Positions 24,031 through 33,523 of a stretch of DNA of 57,776 bases are shown here, in pieces; position 1 is the first letter of the stretch; the number at the start of each line of letters is the position of its first letter. The DNA lies in the NCBI GenBank assembly GCA_038046545.1, contig JBBSVZ010000005.1:1-57776 (forward strand), written 5' to 3'. The DNA is from Nanobdellota archaeon (lineage in GTDB: Archaea; Nanobdellota; Nanobdellia; Woesearchaeales; JBBSVZ01). The notes under the pieces are model-generated. The model saw only the letters and a program-made list of their open reading frames with translations. It did no database searches and was not told where the DNA came from. The position numbers were made by a program, and so were the translations under genes.

Positions 24031-26460
24031 GTGACCGATTTGCCTATTATGGCAAAATGGTCAAGGAAAAAAAAGACAATTTACGCTCTCCTCTTCTTGA
24101 CAGCAGTCATTATTTTGGTGTTTTTTGGTGCTCAACTGGGCTTGTACTTAAACTTCCTCGTCGGGAATGACATCCTAATCAGGCTTTCGGCTAGCAGAGA
24201 ATACATTTCAATTATGAATGGGGAAAAAACAAATGTGACTTTCAAAATTGACACGCTCAACAATGTGTTTTGCGAGGCCAAGTGCATGCTTGAGTTCGAA
24301 GACTTAACCAGGAACTCTTCAGCCAAACAAAACATTTCATTAAGATCTGGCAGCAAAATCCAACGAACTTTTGAAATTATTGCCCCGTTAACAGGCACCG
24401 GGAGCGAAGTCTATCGGTTCAGCGTATCATGCTCGAATGAAAAAAAGGTTTTTTGCCCAGCAGATGACAGCAGGACTTCAAGAAAAGTTCTTGTGGTAGT
24501 TGAGCACGATTTGACCCCCGTTGAGCGGCTATTGCAAAAAGACTTGAAGGAAAAAATCTTGGGATTCCAGGAAACTCTTGCAAACCAGTCATCCGCTGAG
24601 GGAGCAATAAAATCTGCTTACGACAAAATTGAACAATCAAAAGAAAGCAGCGATGCTGAGCGGAACTGGTTCTTCCTGGTAACTTCTCTTAAAGAAAACG
24701 AAAATGCATTGGCTGCTCTAATCCAGCTCTGGAAACAGGGAGATTACTATGCTGCCTCAAACAAGGCAGAACTGGTGATGAGCTCATTCTCAGCAACAAA
24801 TGTAAAGCTTGCAACAGCAAAGCAATCTGTTGAGAGTCTTGCCAACCGGCATAATGAGATAATAAGGAAGTTTAACGAGGCAAAAGAAAAAGTATCTAAG
24901 CTAACAGCAGTAAAAACTACTGATTCCCTAATTATGAATGAAGCTGAGAATGCAATACGCCATTTTAATGAATCAACAAATTCAGCAAATCAGGAGATTA
25001 AGCTGGAAGCGCGCGAAAACTTAGCGGAAACGGCTTTGACTAACACACTCTTATCATCAAGCAAGATAAACTACTCTTTGAGAATCGAAGCAGTCAAAAA
25101 GGAAGTTAAAACTGACCTAAAATTTGAGCTTGTCTGCAATGTTTCGGGAAATTGTCAGACTCATCCCTCGCCTTACAACAGATCACATCAGACTGAAGTT
25201 GACATGAATTTAACCTGCGAGCGCCTTAATGTTTTGAACTCAATAATCAAACAAATTACAGCTAATTACACTAATATAACTCTTAATGAGAGTTCTAAAC
25301 TTGTTGCAGATAAAGAACTGGCAACAATAGAATATGCGCTGAAAGAGAGATATGCCTTGCAAATAGACCCTGATGGCGTAAACGGGCCAGAACTCTTAGA
25401 AATGCTTGGGAGTAAAAACAATCTAACAAATATTTCCAGTTTGGTTAACAAAACCTTGTTGCTGGCTGAACTCTCAAAAATACCTTTGGATAGCTGCGCA
25501 ACTTTACCAGCCAAACAAATTGCCTTAGTTGACTTTTCTGCTGCTGAAATTATAATCGCGCCACAAACTCCCCAACAAATTTTTCAGCCACTAATCGATC
25601 CCAAACCGCAATGTTGCTTGTTTGGTTCATGTACTGCCTGCTGCGAAGGGGAATCCTGCCGAAATAGCCCTTCAAAATACCCGATAATCTTTCTCCACGG
25701 GCACTTGGTGAATAACCAGCTTTCAGTAGACTACAGCCTCGAGGCATTCAACTATTTTCAACTGGCTCTTGAGAAGGAAGGCTGGCTCGATGCTGGTGCG
25801 ATATCGCTTTATACTTCCGGAGAAGTTCCTTACGGAGCATGGGGAAGATTTCCAAATCCGCTCACCATAAAAGGCAGTTATTATTATGACGTATTCCTCG
25901 ACCAGGGAAATTATGTATACCAGCCGACCAAAAGTGAAAATATAGACACCTATTCAATCCGGCTGAAAGAACTTATAGATAAGGTGCAGTTTAGGACAGG
26001 CAGCCCAAAAGTAATCCTTGCAGGCCACAGCATGGGCGGTCTTGTTGCGAGAAGGTACTTGCAGATATTCGGAAATGAAAAAGTGGACAGGCTTATCGTT
26101 ATTGGCACCCCCAATAAAGGCATAGAAGGCAATGTCGCGGCGTTCTGCCCGGTCATTGGAGCTAAACGCGAGTGCGAGGACATGAGCGAAGACAGCATTT
26201 TCCTAAAAAAACTTAATTCTGGAGAACCTTCCAAAATACCCCTATTCAATATAATCGGCACAGGCTGCAATATGAACGGCGAACAGGGGGACGGGATAGT
26301 CCTTGAGAGAAGCGCTCAGCTTGATGGCGCATTCAATTTTGTTTTCAATGGAACTTGCAGCAGCCAATATGATAATCTGCACAACCACATGCTTTTCCCG
26401 GAAGAATACCCTGAAGTTTACGAGTTTTTTAAGAAAGCCTTGACGGCTAATTCGACATAG
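24031..26460 (+). CDS. Membrane-anchored coiled-coil protein with a Cys-rich linker and a C-terminal PGAP1/lipase-like alpha/beta-hydrolase domain; likely start is ATG 24049
   Basis: An N-terminal TM is followed by a long helical Lys/Glu/Ala-rich region and CCLFGSCTACCEGESC. Hydrolase motifs are IIFLHGH, AGHSMGGLVARRY and VIGTPNKG. The TATA GCATTAAATATTC fits the ATG at 24049. Confidence 0.75.
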   Translation: MTDLPIMAKWSRKKKTIYALLFLTAVIILVFFGAQLGLYLNFLVGNDILIRLSASREYISIMNGEKTNVTFKIDTLNNVFCEAKCMLEFEDLTRNSSAKQNISLRSGSKIQRTFEIIAPLTGTGSEVYRFSVSCSNEKKVFCPADDSRTSRKVLVVVEHDLTPVERLLQKDLKEKILGFQETLANQSSAEGAIKSAYDKIEQSKESSDAERNWFFLVTSLKENENALAALIQLWKQGDYYAASNKAELVMSSFSATNVKLATAKQSVESLANRHNEIIRKFNEAKEKVSKLTAVKTTDSLIMNEAENAIRHFNESTNSANQEIKLEARENLAETALTNTLLSSSKINYSLRIEAVKKEVKTDLKFELVCNVSGNCQTHPSPYNRSHQTEVDMNLTCERLNVLNSIIKQITANYTNITLNESSKLVADKELATIEYALKERYALQIDPDGVNGPELLEMLGSKNNLTNISSLVNKTLLLAELSKIPLDSCATLPAKQIALVDFSAAEIIIAPQTPQQIFQPLIDPKPQCCLFGSCTACCEGESCRNSPSKYPIIFLHGHLVNNQLSVDYSLEAFNYFQLALEKEGWLDAGAISLYTSGEVPYGAWGRFPNPLTIKGSYYYDVFLDQGNYVYQPTKSENIDTYSIRLKELIDKVQFRTGSPKVILAGHSMGGLVARRYLQIFGNEKVDRLIVIGTPNKGIEGNVAAFCPVIGAKRECEDMSEDSIFLKKLNSGEPSKIPLFNIIGTGCNMNGEQGDGIVLERSAQLDGAFNFVFNGTCSSQYDNLHNHMLFPEEYPEVYEFFKKALTANST

Positions 26461-26550
26461 TGAACTATTAAGTACTCTGGGCCAAACCATTAGCCTACTA
26501 AATGTTGTTTTATCGCATTGGGGAGTTTTCAGCTTAAAAAACTTCTAAAT

Positions 26551-26655
26551 ATGCGCTCACACGCCGCGCGGGCTCTATTGTGTTGGGCGTTTTATTGTCG
26601 CAAAGCGACTTTGGAGCGCCGCATATTAATTCTTGGCCAGCACGGCCTGGAGTGC
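26551..26655 (-). repeat. Copy B (inverted orientation) of the GC-rich intergenic element
   Basis: The reverse complement aligns with 45757-45866, including the core AGCCCGCGCGGCGTGTGAGCGC and the hairpin GTCGC-TTT-GCGAC. Confidence 0.6.
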
Positions 26656-26692
26656 AAAATATAATTTAGACCCTGCATTTGATACGATAGGG

Positions 26693-27136
26693 TTAAGCAA
26701 TAACCGTAACAATTATTCCGGTAGCAATGAAACAAAGCGCCTGATGCCCTGTATTTAGGAAAAACAGTTTTATGCCTTTGTCTCCAAAAAGCGCATCAGT
26801 AAACCCAGTTGTAGCTGCAAAACCAAGCCATGCAAGGAATCCAACTAGGGCGCCTTCAGGTACAGCTCCCATAGTTCCTGCCCACTTGGTTGCACGAAAG
26901 AATTCAACGAATCCTGACATGACAATAGCAGTAACTATCGCTGCGATAAATGTCAGGCCATAAATAGCAGCCATGTTCTTCTCTTTTTTCATCTTAGCCA
27001 TTTTTTTCTTGTCCAAGCCCATTTCCTTCATCCAAGGCTTGCCAAGAACAAAAGGTGAATAATATGCAAAACCAATAGCCGTGCAGGCAACGGCCGACAG
27101 GCCTATCGCTGCCAGATTTAAGGTAACCATAAGCAT
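26693..27136 (-). CDS. DUF1761-like membrane protein
   Basis: Motif YYSPFVLGKPWMKEMG after the first TM. Four hydrophobic helices. Confidence 0.55.
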   Translation of the reverse strand: MLMVTLNLAAIGLSAVACTAIGFAYYSPFVLGKPWMKEMGLDKKKMAKMKKEKNMAAIYGLTFIAAIVTAIVMSGFVEFFRATKWAGTMGAVPEGALVGFLAWLGFAATTGFTDALFGDKGIKLFFLNTGHQALCFIATGIIVTVIA

Positions 27137-27232
27137 CCAAAAGGGGCATTAATTATAAATTTTGCCTGTAAATCATGGTTTCCACTCGGTTTCCTGTGAC
27201 TTCTTTTATATGCGGTTGCTTTACCCACCTAC

Positions 27233-28813
27233 ATGAAAAACAAAATATTAATCGCCGTCATCTTGACGGTTGTGCTCGCGTCCTTTGCGAGTGCATTGGA
27301 GATCGCTTCGCCTGTTGAAGGTGTTTACAATACAACGCAGATTCAATTGAATCTGAGCTCAAACCAAACACTTGATACTATTAGTTATACCCTTAATACT
27401 GGCATTAATGCATCATCTGTACTTGCATGTACTAATTGTTCAGAATACTCAACAACGCTAAACCTAAGCGAAGGAAACTACACAATACTGGCTAATGGCG
27501 TTCTTGGGAACGATACTTATAACGACTCGTTATCCTTTTCAATATTGCTACCCGCAGTTATAGCGCCGGTCCAGGATTTTACTTTGGCTTTAACAACTCC
27601 CCAAAACCAGACGTATAATAGTGCTCTGGTTCCTTTTACTGTTTTGGCAAATCGGACACTGGACAATATGAGCAGAAAGATTGATTCTGGGGATTATGTA
27701 ATTTTTTGTTCCAATTGCTTTTCATACAACAACCCTCTGAATCTGTCGGAAGGCAACCACACTTTGTTAGTAAAAGGCAGCCTTGGAAACATCACTCATG
27801 AATTAACCAGGAAATTCACTATTTTGCTTCCTCAGGCTAATCTGACGAACCAGACTAATGGAACTGGAAATAATACGCAGAATGTAACAACTCTGAACCT
27901 CTCAGTAATCAGTCCTGTGAACAGGACATACAACACAAAATATGTGCAGTTGAATTTCATCACAAATATTAATGCAACAATCAATTACACATTAGATGGA
28001 AATAATAACAACGCATGCAGCCAATGCACCTCTTTCACCAAAACAGTTGAGCTGCAAAACGGCTCGCACACGTTGGTAGTCCGAGCATACTCAGGCAATC
28101 AAACTGATAGCGAAACAAAGTCATTTACTGTAAACGTGACTCCAAAACCGCAAAAGAATTTTACCAATGAAACTGGGAAGAAGTTTGACAAGTTCAACAA
28201 ATTGCCGCAAATGCTGGAAAACGGGGAAATAACTGATGATGAACTAGCCCAGCTCATACGCGTCAACAAAATTAATCCTGGAGTTATTAATAGGCTCATC
28301 AAGACTGGAGTGCTTGGCAATGCCTCGCTTGAAGCCATTCTTGACACCCAATTCAACCCGCCAGGAATCCTTGGCAAGCTTTTATCTGCATTAGGTTTTA
28401 AGCAAAAAAGCTTTTCTGAGCTTATCGAGGAGAACTATAACTCATCGGGCAAAGTCAAGCTCAAAATTCTTGGAAGGGACGATCTACCAAAAGGTTTCGC
28501 TCTAAAAATAAAAGAAGAACTAAGAACTGGAAACGAACTTAAAATTAAACAGGAAAAAGGGAAGTTGGAAATGGTGGTGAAGGAATCTTCAGGAGTAACT
28601 ACGAAAGTCAGAGTGGAAAATAAAGGAAATGATGACTCCAAAAAGGGAACTAAGTCTTTCATTGCGGGGAAGCAAGGAAAGATAAACTTTGAAGATGACA
28701 ACGAAAACGACGATAAGAAAGATGATGAAGGAAAGAATAAAAGAAATGGCAGAAATAATGGCAACAGTAACAATGATGGGGTTAGTGTAAACCGCGGAAG
28801 CGATGATAATTAA
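27233..28813 (+). CDS. Secreted surface glycoprotein candidate with three tandem repeats of ~90-110 aa and a Lys/Asp/Asn-rich tail
   Basis: Signal peptide, then three repeats each carrying a C-x-x-C and LNLSEGN(Y/H)T- or LQNGSHT-type motifs. Very many N-x-S/T sequons. Confidence 0.7.
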   Translation: MKNKILIAVILTVVLASFASALEIASPVEGVYNTTQIQLNLSSNQTLDTISYTLNTGINASSVLACTNCSEYSTTLNLSEGNYTILANGVLGNDTYNDSLSFSILLPAVIAPVQDFTLALTTPQNQTYNSALVPFTVLANRTLDNMSRKIDSGDYVIFCSNCFSYNNPLNLSEGNHTLLVKGSLGNITHELTRKFTILLPQANLTNQTNGTGNNTQNVTTLNLSVISPVNRTYNTKYVQLNFITNINATINYTLDGNNNNACSQCTSFTKTVELQNGSHTLVVRAYSGNQTDSETKSFTVNVTPKPQKNFTNETGKKFDKFNKLPQMLENGEITDDELAQLIRVNKINPGVINRLIKTGVLGNASLEAILDTQFNPPGILGKLLSALGFKQKSFSELIEENYNSSGKVKLKILGRDDLPKGFALKIKEELRTGNELKIKQEKGKLEMVVKESSGVTTKVRVENKGNDDSKKGTKSFIAGKQGKINFEDDNENDDKKDDEGKNKRNGRNNGNSNNDGVSVNRGSDDN

Positions 28814-28815
28814 AG

Positions 28816-29637
28816 CTATTTAACTTTGCCCTTCAAGGAGATAATGTTAGTTTTGAAGTGAGGCGTCCTCTCGATTAAGCCCTTTTCTTCAAGGCGCCTT
28901 ACTATTTTGCTCATTTTAGATTTTGAGAAGTCAAGCTTAATGGCAACTTCTTTTTGTTTTTCTGTTCCTGCTCTGACTGCTTCGATTACCTTGTGCTCTT
29001 CGGTTGAAAGCATTTCGGTAACGTGCTTCCTGTTCCTTTTTTTTAAATAAAAAAATACTCCCGCTATGCAAATGAGGGAGAAAACAAGAGGCAGCACTAT
29101 TAACAACGGATTTATTTCTTCTCCGCCCTCATAAAAAACAGAAATAGACTGCTCGTCATTAAATGTCCAAGTCAGCGTAATAGAGCGGCCATCTGTTGAT
29201 ATCTCCTGAGGCTGCGGGATTGCATTAGGCTTTTTCTCGTTCAACGAGTAGCCTAGAGGCAATGTTAGTGAAACTTTAACTGTACCGTTGATGGGTGGAG
29301 TGAAGGAAGAACGGTAAGTTCTTTGCTTTCCATTAGCGTCTATCTGGCTGTCGAACAGCAAGTCAAAGGAAACTTCATTATTGCCTTGGGTAGGCAGAAT
29401 AATTGCATAAGTATCATTCTTTTGGATTATTTCATAATCCCCGCTATAAACCACGCTCAACGGCTTGTCTAAAGTTTGAAATTCAACAGTTTCGTATTCG
29501 CTGCTCTCTAATCGTATTGTATTTTGCTGCGTGATAATATTATTTGGTGAAACCCTTATGTTTATTTCAAGGGTCGGCTCTGCTGCTGCGCTGCCAATTA
29601 GAAGGCATAAAACCAATATGAATTTTATCAATCTCAT
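28816..29637 (-). CDS. Single-pass membrane protein with an extracytoplasmic domain and a cytoplasmic MarR/TrmB-like wHTH
   Basis: Signal peptide, about 170 aa of beta-rich region, TM LLIVLPLVFSLICIAGVFFYL, then EEHKVIEAVRAGTEKQKEVAIKLDFSKSKMSKIVRRLEEKGLIER. Confidence 0.6.
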   Translation of the reverse strand: MRLIKFILVLCLLIGSAAAEPTLEINIRVSPNNIITQQNTIRLESSEYETVEFQTLDKPLSVVYSGDYEIIQKNDTYAIILPTQGNNEVSFDLLFDSQIDANGKQRTYRSSFTPPINGTVKVSLTLPLGYSLNEKKPNAIPQPQEISTDGRSITLTWTFNDEQSISVFYEGGEEINPLLIVLPLVFSLICIAGVFFYLKKRNRKHVTEMLSTEEHKVIEAVRAGTEKQKEVAIKLDFSKSKMSKIVRRLEEKGLIERTPHFKTNIISLKGKVK

Positions 29638-29667
29638 TTAAAGAGGGAGAATTCCTGCTTTTAAAAA

Positions 29668-30135
29668 TCATTCGTGCTTTTCTATATCCCTAATTTTCTT
29701 TACGCGCTTTTCGTGCCTTCCGCCCTCAAAGTCAGTAGTCAGGAAATTATGGACAATTATCTCAGCATCCTGCGGTGAGGTTGTTCTGCCGCCAATGCAA
29801 AGCACATTGGCATCATTATGCCTTCTCGACATTTCGGCAGTAAATGCATCCTTGGCAAGCGCAGCCCTGATCCCAGAAACTTTGTTAGCAGATATGCTCA
29901 TGCCAATCCCTGTGCCGCAAATTAGCACTCCTAGCTTCTTGTTTTTTATGACTGAGTCAGTAACTTTTTTTGCGAAGTCAGGATAATCAACAGATTCTTC
30001 TGAATTGGTTCCAACGTCCTCAATGTCATAACCGCCGTCTTTAAGCAAAGCTTTCAGATGTTCCTTAAGCTGGTAGCCGGCATGATCCGCCCCGATAACA
30101 ATCTTTTTCTGCCCCATAATCATCGAAAAGAACAC
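29668..30135 (-). CDS. rpiB: Ribose-5-phosphate isomerase B (start probably at MGQKK, near 30117)
   Basis: Motifs IVIGADHAGY and GVLICGTGIGMSISANK. Confidence 0.9.
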   Translation of the reverse strand: MFFSMIMGQKKIVIGADHAGYQLKEHLKALLKDGGYDIEDVGTNSEESVDYPDFAKKVTDSVIKNKKLGVLICGTGIGMSISANKVSGIRAALAKDAFTAEMSRRHNDANVLCIGGRTTSPQDAEIIVHNFLTTDFEGGRHEKRVKKIRDIEKHE

Positions 30136-30145
30136 ATCTCTTTTT

Positions 30146-30841
30146 ATGTTTTTGCATCAATTTTTTATTGCAGCAAAGCATTTCCAATTTATGACGATGA
30201 AAGCCAAAAAAGATTTGTTGCTGAAGCAATGGAAAGAATCAGGGCTGGTAACAACAGAGAAAATTCTCGAGGCTTTCCGCGCAGTCAAGAGAGAAAACTT
30301 CATTTTGCCCGAACATGAAGAATATGCGTATAGCGACTATCCTTTGCCGATACATGGCGGCCAAACGATTTCCCAGCCGACAACTGTGCTGATAATGACC
30401 CAGGCGCTGGAAGTTGCACCGGGAATGAAGGTACTTGAAATAGGAGCTGGGTCAGGCTATCAAGCCGCGATACTTTCCAAATTAGTTGGAAAAACTGGCC
30501 AGGTCTACAGTGTCGAAACAGTTCCTGAACTTGTTTCATTTTCCCAGCAAAACCTCAACAAATCAGGATGTTCAAACGTCACAGTAAGCTTTGGGGATGG
30601 CAGTCAGGGTTTTGCAGCAAAAGCTCCTTACGACAGAATAATCGTAACAGCTGCTGCGCCAAAAGTACCGCCACCCTTGATTGAACAGTTGAAAGAAAGC
30701 GGAATACTGATAATACCTGTAGACAATGAGCTTTTCGGCCAGACAATGAAAAAAATAACGAAGAAAAACGGCAAATTAACAGAAGAAAACTTGGGAGAAT
30801 TCCGATTTGTGCCGTTGAAGGGGAAGTATGGAGTGCGTTAA
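30146..30841 (+). CDS. pcm: Protein-L-isoaspartate O-methyltransferase (start probably 30191-30197)
   Basis: Motifs GQTISQPTTVLIMTQAL, VLEIGAGSGYQAAIL and DRIIVTAAAPKVP. Confidence 0.9.
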   Translation: MFLHQFFIAAKHFQFMTMKAKKDLLLKQWKESGLVTTEKILEAFRAVKRENFILPEHEEYAYSDYPLPIHGGQTISQPTTVLIMTQALEVAPGMKVLEIGAGSGYQAAILSKLVGKTGQVYSVETVPELVSFSQQNLNKSGCSNVTVSFGDGSQGFAAKAPYDRIIVTAAAPKVPPPLIEQLKESGILIIPVDNELFGQTMKKITKKNGKLTEENLGEFRFVPLKGKYGVR

Positions 30842-31122
30842 TGAGAATTGTTTTTTAGGATGAGCACAGGGCACTGCATAGCATATGCTTCAGAGCATGG
30901 CCTTGTCGCAGCATAATGTTTCTCAGATATATTTGGTTCCAATACCGGGCCTCCGCCATTCGCCACACAATGATAAATGGTAGCTGGCTGATCGGTTGAC
31001 TCGATATATGAAAACGGTGGCAGGTCAGCGACACCTTTAGCAAATCTGCATTGCGTGTTATTGACCCTATCATCTAGACTAACGGTCCCTTCAAAGCCTG
31101 ATAAAGACATAATACGCCCCAA
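30838..31122 (-). CDS. Hypothetical Cys-containing protein (94 aa)
   Basis: ORF with a TATA-like element about 25-35 nt upstream. No motif recognised. Confidence 0.4.
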   Translation of the reverse strand: MGRIMSLSGFEGTVSLDDRVNNTQCRFAKGVADLPPFSYIESTDQPATIYHCVANGGGPVLEPNISEKHYAATRPCSEAYAMQCPVLILKNNSH

Positions 31123-31162
31123 AAACTTCTCAAATAAAAAGGTTTCTAAATTTTAAACCATA

Positions 31163-31190
31163 CAAGCCCGCGCGGCGATTGAGCGCATAT
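31163..31190 (+). repeat. Copy C (core only) of the GC-rich intergenic element
   Basis: CAAGCCCGCGCGGCGATTGAGCGCATAT followed by T7. The GCCCGCGCGGCGATTGAGCGC core is identical to that of copy D. Confidence 0.6.
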
Positions 31191-31211
31191 TTTTTTCAGA
31201 CCAAGAAAATT

Positions 31212-32438
31212 TCAATACCCTCTCAACTTAATCGCATGAGCAACTCTCTGAACTGCCAAAGCCTGTGCTGCTGTTCTTAGTGTAATCTTCTTTTCCTGCG
31301 CAAAGCTGTGCACGTCAAGGAAAGCCCGTTGCATCCTCTCGCCGAGCAGGCGATTGACTTTTTCAAGCGACCAAACACTTCCCTCCCTGTTCTGCACCCA
31401 TTCTGAATGGGAAACGCAAACGCCGCCAGAATTTGCAAGAATGTCTGGAATCACAGGAATTTTTTTCTCGTGCAGGATTGTGTCGGCCTTAACGTTTGTC
31501 GGACCATTTGCCATCTCAAGAACCATTTCTGCATTTATGTCATTTGCATTATCCTCGTTTATGACATTTTCCAATGCTGAAGGAATCAAAATTGAAACAG
31601 GCAGCTCAAGCAGTTCATCATTCGACATCATTTTTGAGCCAATTGTCCCTGAAACTCCGCCAGTTTTTTTCTTGTGATCCCAGACTTCAGCCATTTTTAA
31701 TCCGTCAGGATTGTAAATCGCGCCTTTTGAGTCAGAAACTGCAACAACTTTGTAATCGCGCTCCTCCAAAAGCTTTGCAATATGGCCTCCAACATTACCG
31801 ATTCCTTGGACTGCAACTGTCTTTTCCCTTATTTTCAGGACATTCAAGGCTTGCTGCAATACAAATATCCCTCCTAGAGCTGTTGCCTGCTCCCTGCCGT
31901 GAATTCCTCCGAACTCAACTGGCTTGCCTGTGATTACCGCTGGAGCTTGTTTTCCAACGGACTTCTCGTACTCATCTCTCATCCAAGCCATAATCTGCGA
32001 GTTTGTGTTAACATCAGGAGCAGGAACATCAAGATCAGGGCCAATAAAGCTGGCAATTGAACGAATATACCCTCTGCTAAGCCTCTCTAACTCTCCATTC
32101 GATAGTTGCTTAGGATCGACAATAACTCCGCCTTTGCCGCCGCCAAAAGGCAGCTCAGCAACAGCACACTTCCACGCCATCCACATTGAAAGTGCTTTCA
32201 CCTCAGAGAGCGTAACATCAGGATGGTATCTGATACCACCCTTGAAAGGGCCCCTTGCGTTGTTGTACTGCGATCTATACCCCTGAAATAATTTTGTGTT
32301 TCCATTATCCAATACGACGGGAATGGAAACAGAAATGACTCGTTGAGGCTCCATTAAAATGCGAAGAATATTCTCGTCGATATCCGCATGCGCAGCAGAT
32401 ATTAGCAGCTGCTCCTGCGCATTTCTGAACTGATCCAC
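31212..32438 (-). CDS. gdhA: Glutamate dehydrogenase (Glu/Leu/Phe/Val dehydrogenase family)
   Basis: Motifs KGGIRYHP, PFGGGKGG and VAVQGIGNVG. Confidence 0.9.
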   Translation of the reverse strand: MDQFRNAQEQLLISAAHADIDENILRILMEPQRVISVSIPVVLDNGNTKLFQGYRSQYNNARGPFKGGIRYHPDVTLSEVKALSMWMAWKCAVAELPFGGGKGGVIVDPKQLSNGELERLSRGYIRSIASFIGPDLDVPAPDVNTNSQIMAWMRDEYEKSVGKQAPAVITGKPVEFGGIHGREQATALGGIFVLQQALNVLKIREKTVAVQGIGNVGGHIAKLLEERDYKVVAVSDSKGAIYNPDGLKMAEVWDHKKKTGGVSGTIGSKMMSNDELLELPVSILIPSALENVINEDNANDINAEMVLEMANGPTNVKADTILHEKKIPVIPDILANSGGVCVSHSEWVQNREGSVWSLEKVNRLLGERMQRAFLDVHSFAQEKKITLRTAAQALAVQRVAHAIKLRGY

Positions 32439-32767
32439 TACTTCACCTTTTTTGCTAGGGCCTCGATTTTTGCCTTAAGAGCTGGCTTAGGAGTGAATCC
32501 AACAATTCTGTCGACTTCAGTACCTTTATTGAACAATACAAGCGTTGGAATACTCATCACTCCATATCTCGCAGCAATGTCTTGGCTCTCGTCGACATTA
32601 AGCTTTGCAAACTTAATTTTTTTTTCGTAATCCTTGCTAAGTTCTTCAAATACGGGTGACATTAATCTGCATGGCCCGCACCACGATGCCCAGAAGTCGA
32701 TAAAAACAGGCATATCGCTGCTTTCGACTTCCTTGCTAAAATTGGCTGAGTTTATTTCAATCATCAT
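32438..32767 (-). CDS. trxA: Thioredoxin
   Basis: WASWCGPCR active site; 109 aa. Confidence 0.9.
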   Translation of the reverse strand: MMIEINSANFSKEVESSDMPVFIDFWASWCGPCRLMSPVFEELSKDYEKKIKFAKLNVDESQDIAARYGVMSIPTLVLFNKGTEVDRIVGFTPKPALKAKIEALAKKVK

Positions 32768-32881
32768 TCCACCTCGAAGAATTCTCTTTAAACTGGCATA
32801 TTTATAAATTATGTGAATTGTTTAAATATGGCATTTAAATAGTGTTTTCTTAATCTCCTGTTCTCTGCTTTGTCGGATGAT

Positions 32882-32922
32882 GAATACTCACTTTTCAAGC
32901 ACTACTCCGTATAGTGCCTAAC
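32882..32922 (-). repeat. Left arm of a 41-nt imperfect inverted repeat (reads GTTAGGCACTAT...AAAAGTGAGT on the minus strand)
   Basis: The reverse complement matches 39188-39228 at about 29 of 41 positions, including a perfect 12-mer and a perfect 10-mer. Confidence 0.55.
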
Positions 32923-33523
32923 TATCTGGCCTTCTATATTTGCTTTTATGCCAGTTAATGCGTGAATTTTGTTTGATGGCTTTACTTCTCTGCTTGTTAT
33001 TTGCCAGTTGCTGTTTTGGGGCGGTCTCCTTTGTAATATCTGTCAGCTAGTAAGTGGAAAACTCGATTAAAACTTTTAATCTGTTTAATTTTACCGAGTC
33101 GTATTCTTTTCTTTCTTTGACTCACCCTTTTCTGATCCCTGCTTATTCCTTCTCTAATCCTCACTTTTTACTCTTGGAACAGTAATTGGCGTTATCAAGG
33201 TCGAAAATACCCTCATCTCGCTGAATCATTGATTCTTTATTTTCATTATTGAAAATAAATCATATCGTATCTACTGTAAAATGTGTGTTTTGAAATAATT
33301 ATTCATATCTGTTTCTCAAAACAGATTGTATCTGAAATAATGGTTCTACTGGTGTCTTATTCTACTAAATATTTTGATTATAAGTTAAATATATTAGTTT
33401 TATTATAACTGATAATAAGTAATAAAAGATTAAATATTTTAATTATAAATCAATGAAAATTCACTTGGTTTTTATCGAAATTATTAATAAACTTTTTAAA
33501 CAAACCATTAACACTCAGGTGGT

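Noticed and set aside
31354-32286. Three 107-120-aa plus-strand ORFs opposite gdhA
   Set aside because: They are antisense to a well-supported glutamate dehydrogenase gene. Their Ser/Leu/Pro-rich composition is typical of shadow ORFs.
32877-32935. C/D-box sRNA in the left inverted-repeat arm (ATGATGA at 32877-32883)
   Set aside because: There is no CUGA D box at the appropriate distance (the sequence reads CTGG). The C-box-like word is absent from the right arm copy.
32768-33523. Calling the long AT-rich spacer a replication origin
   Set aside because: No orc1/cdc6 gene is adjacent, and no repeats match the ORB consensus as I remember it. The idea is kept only as one alternative in the block finding.
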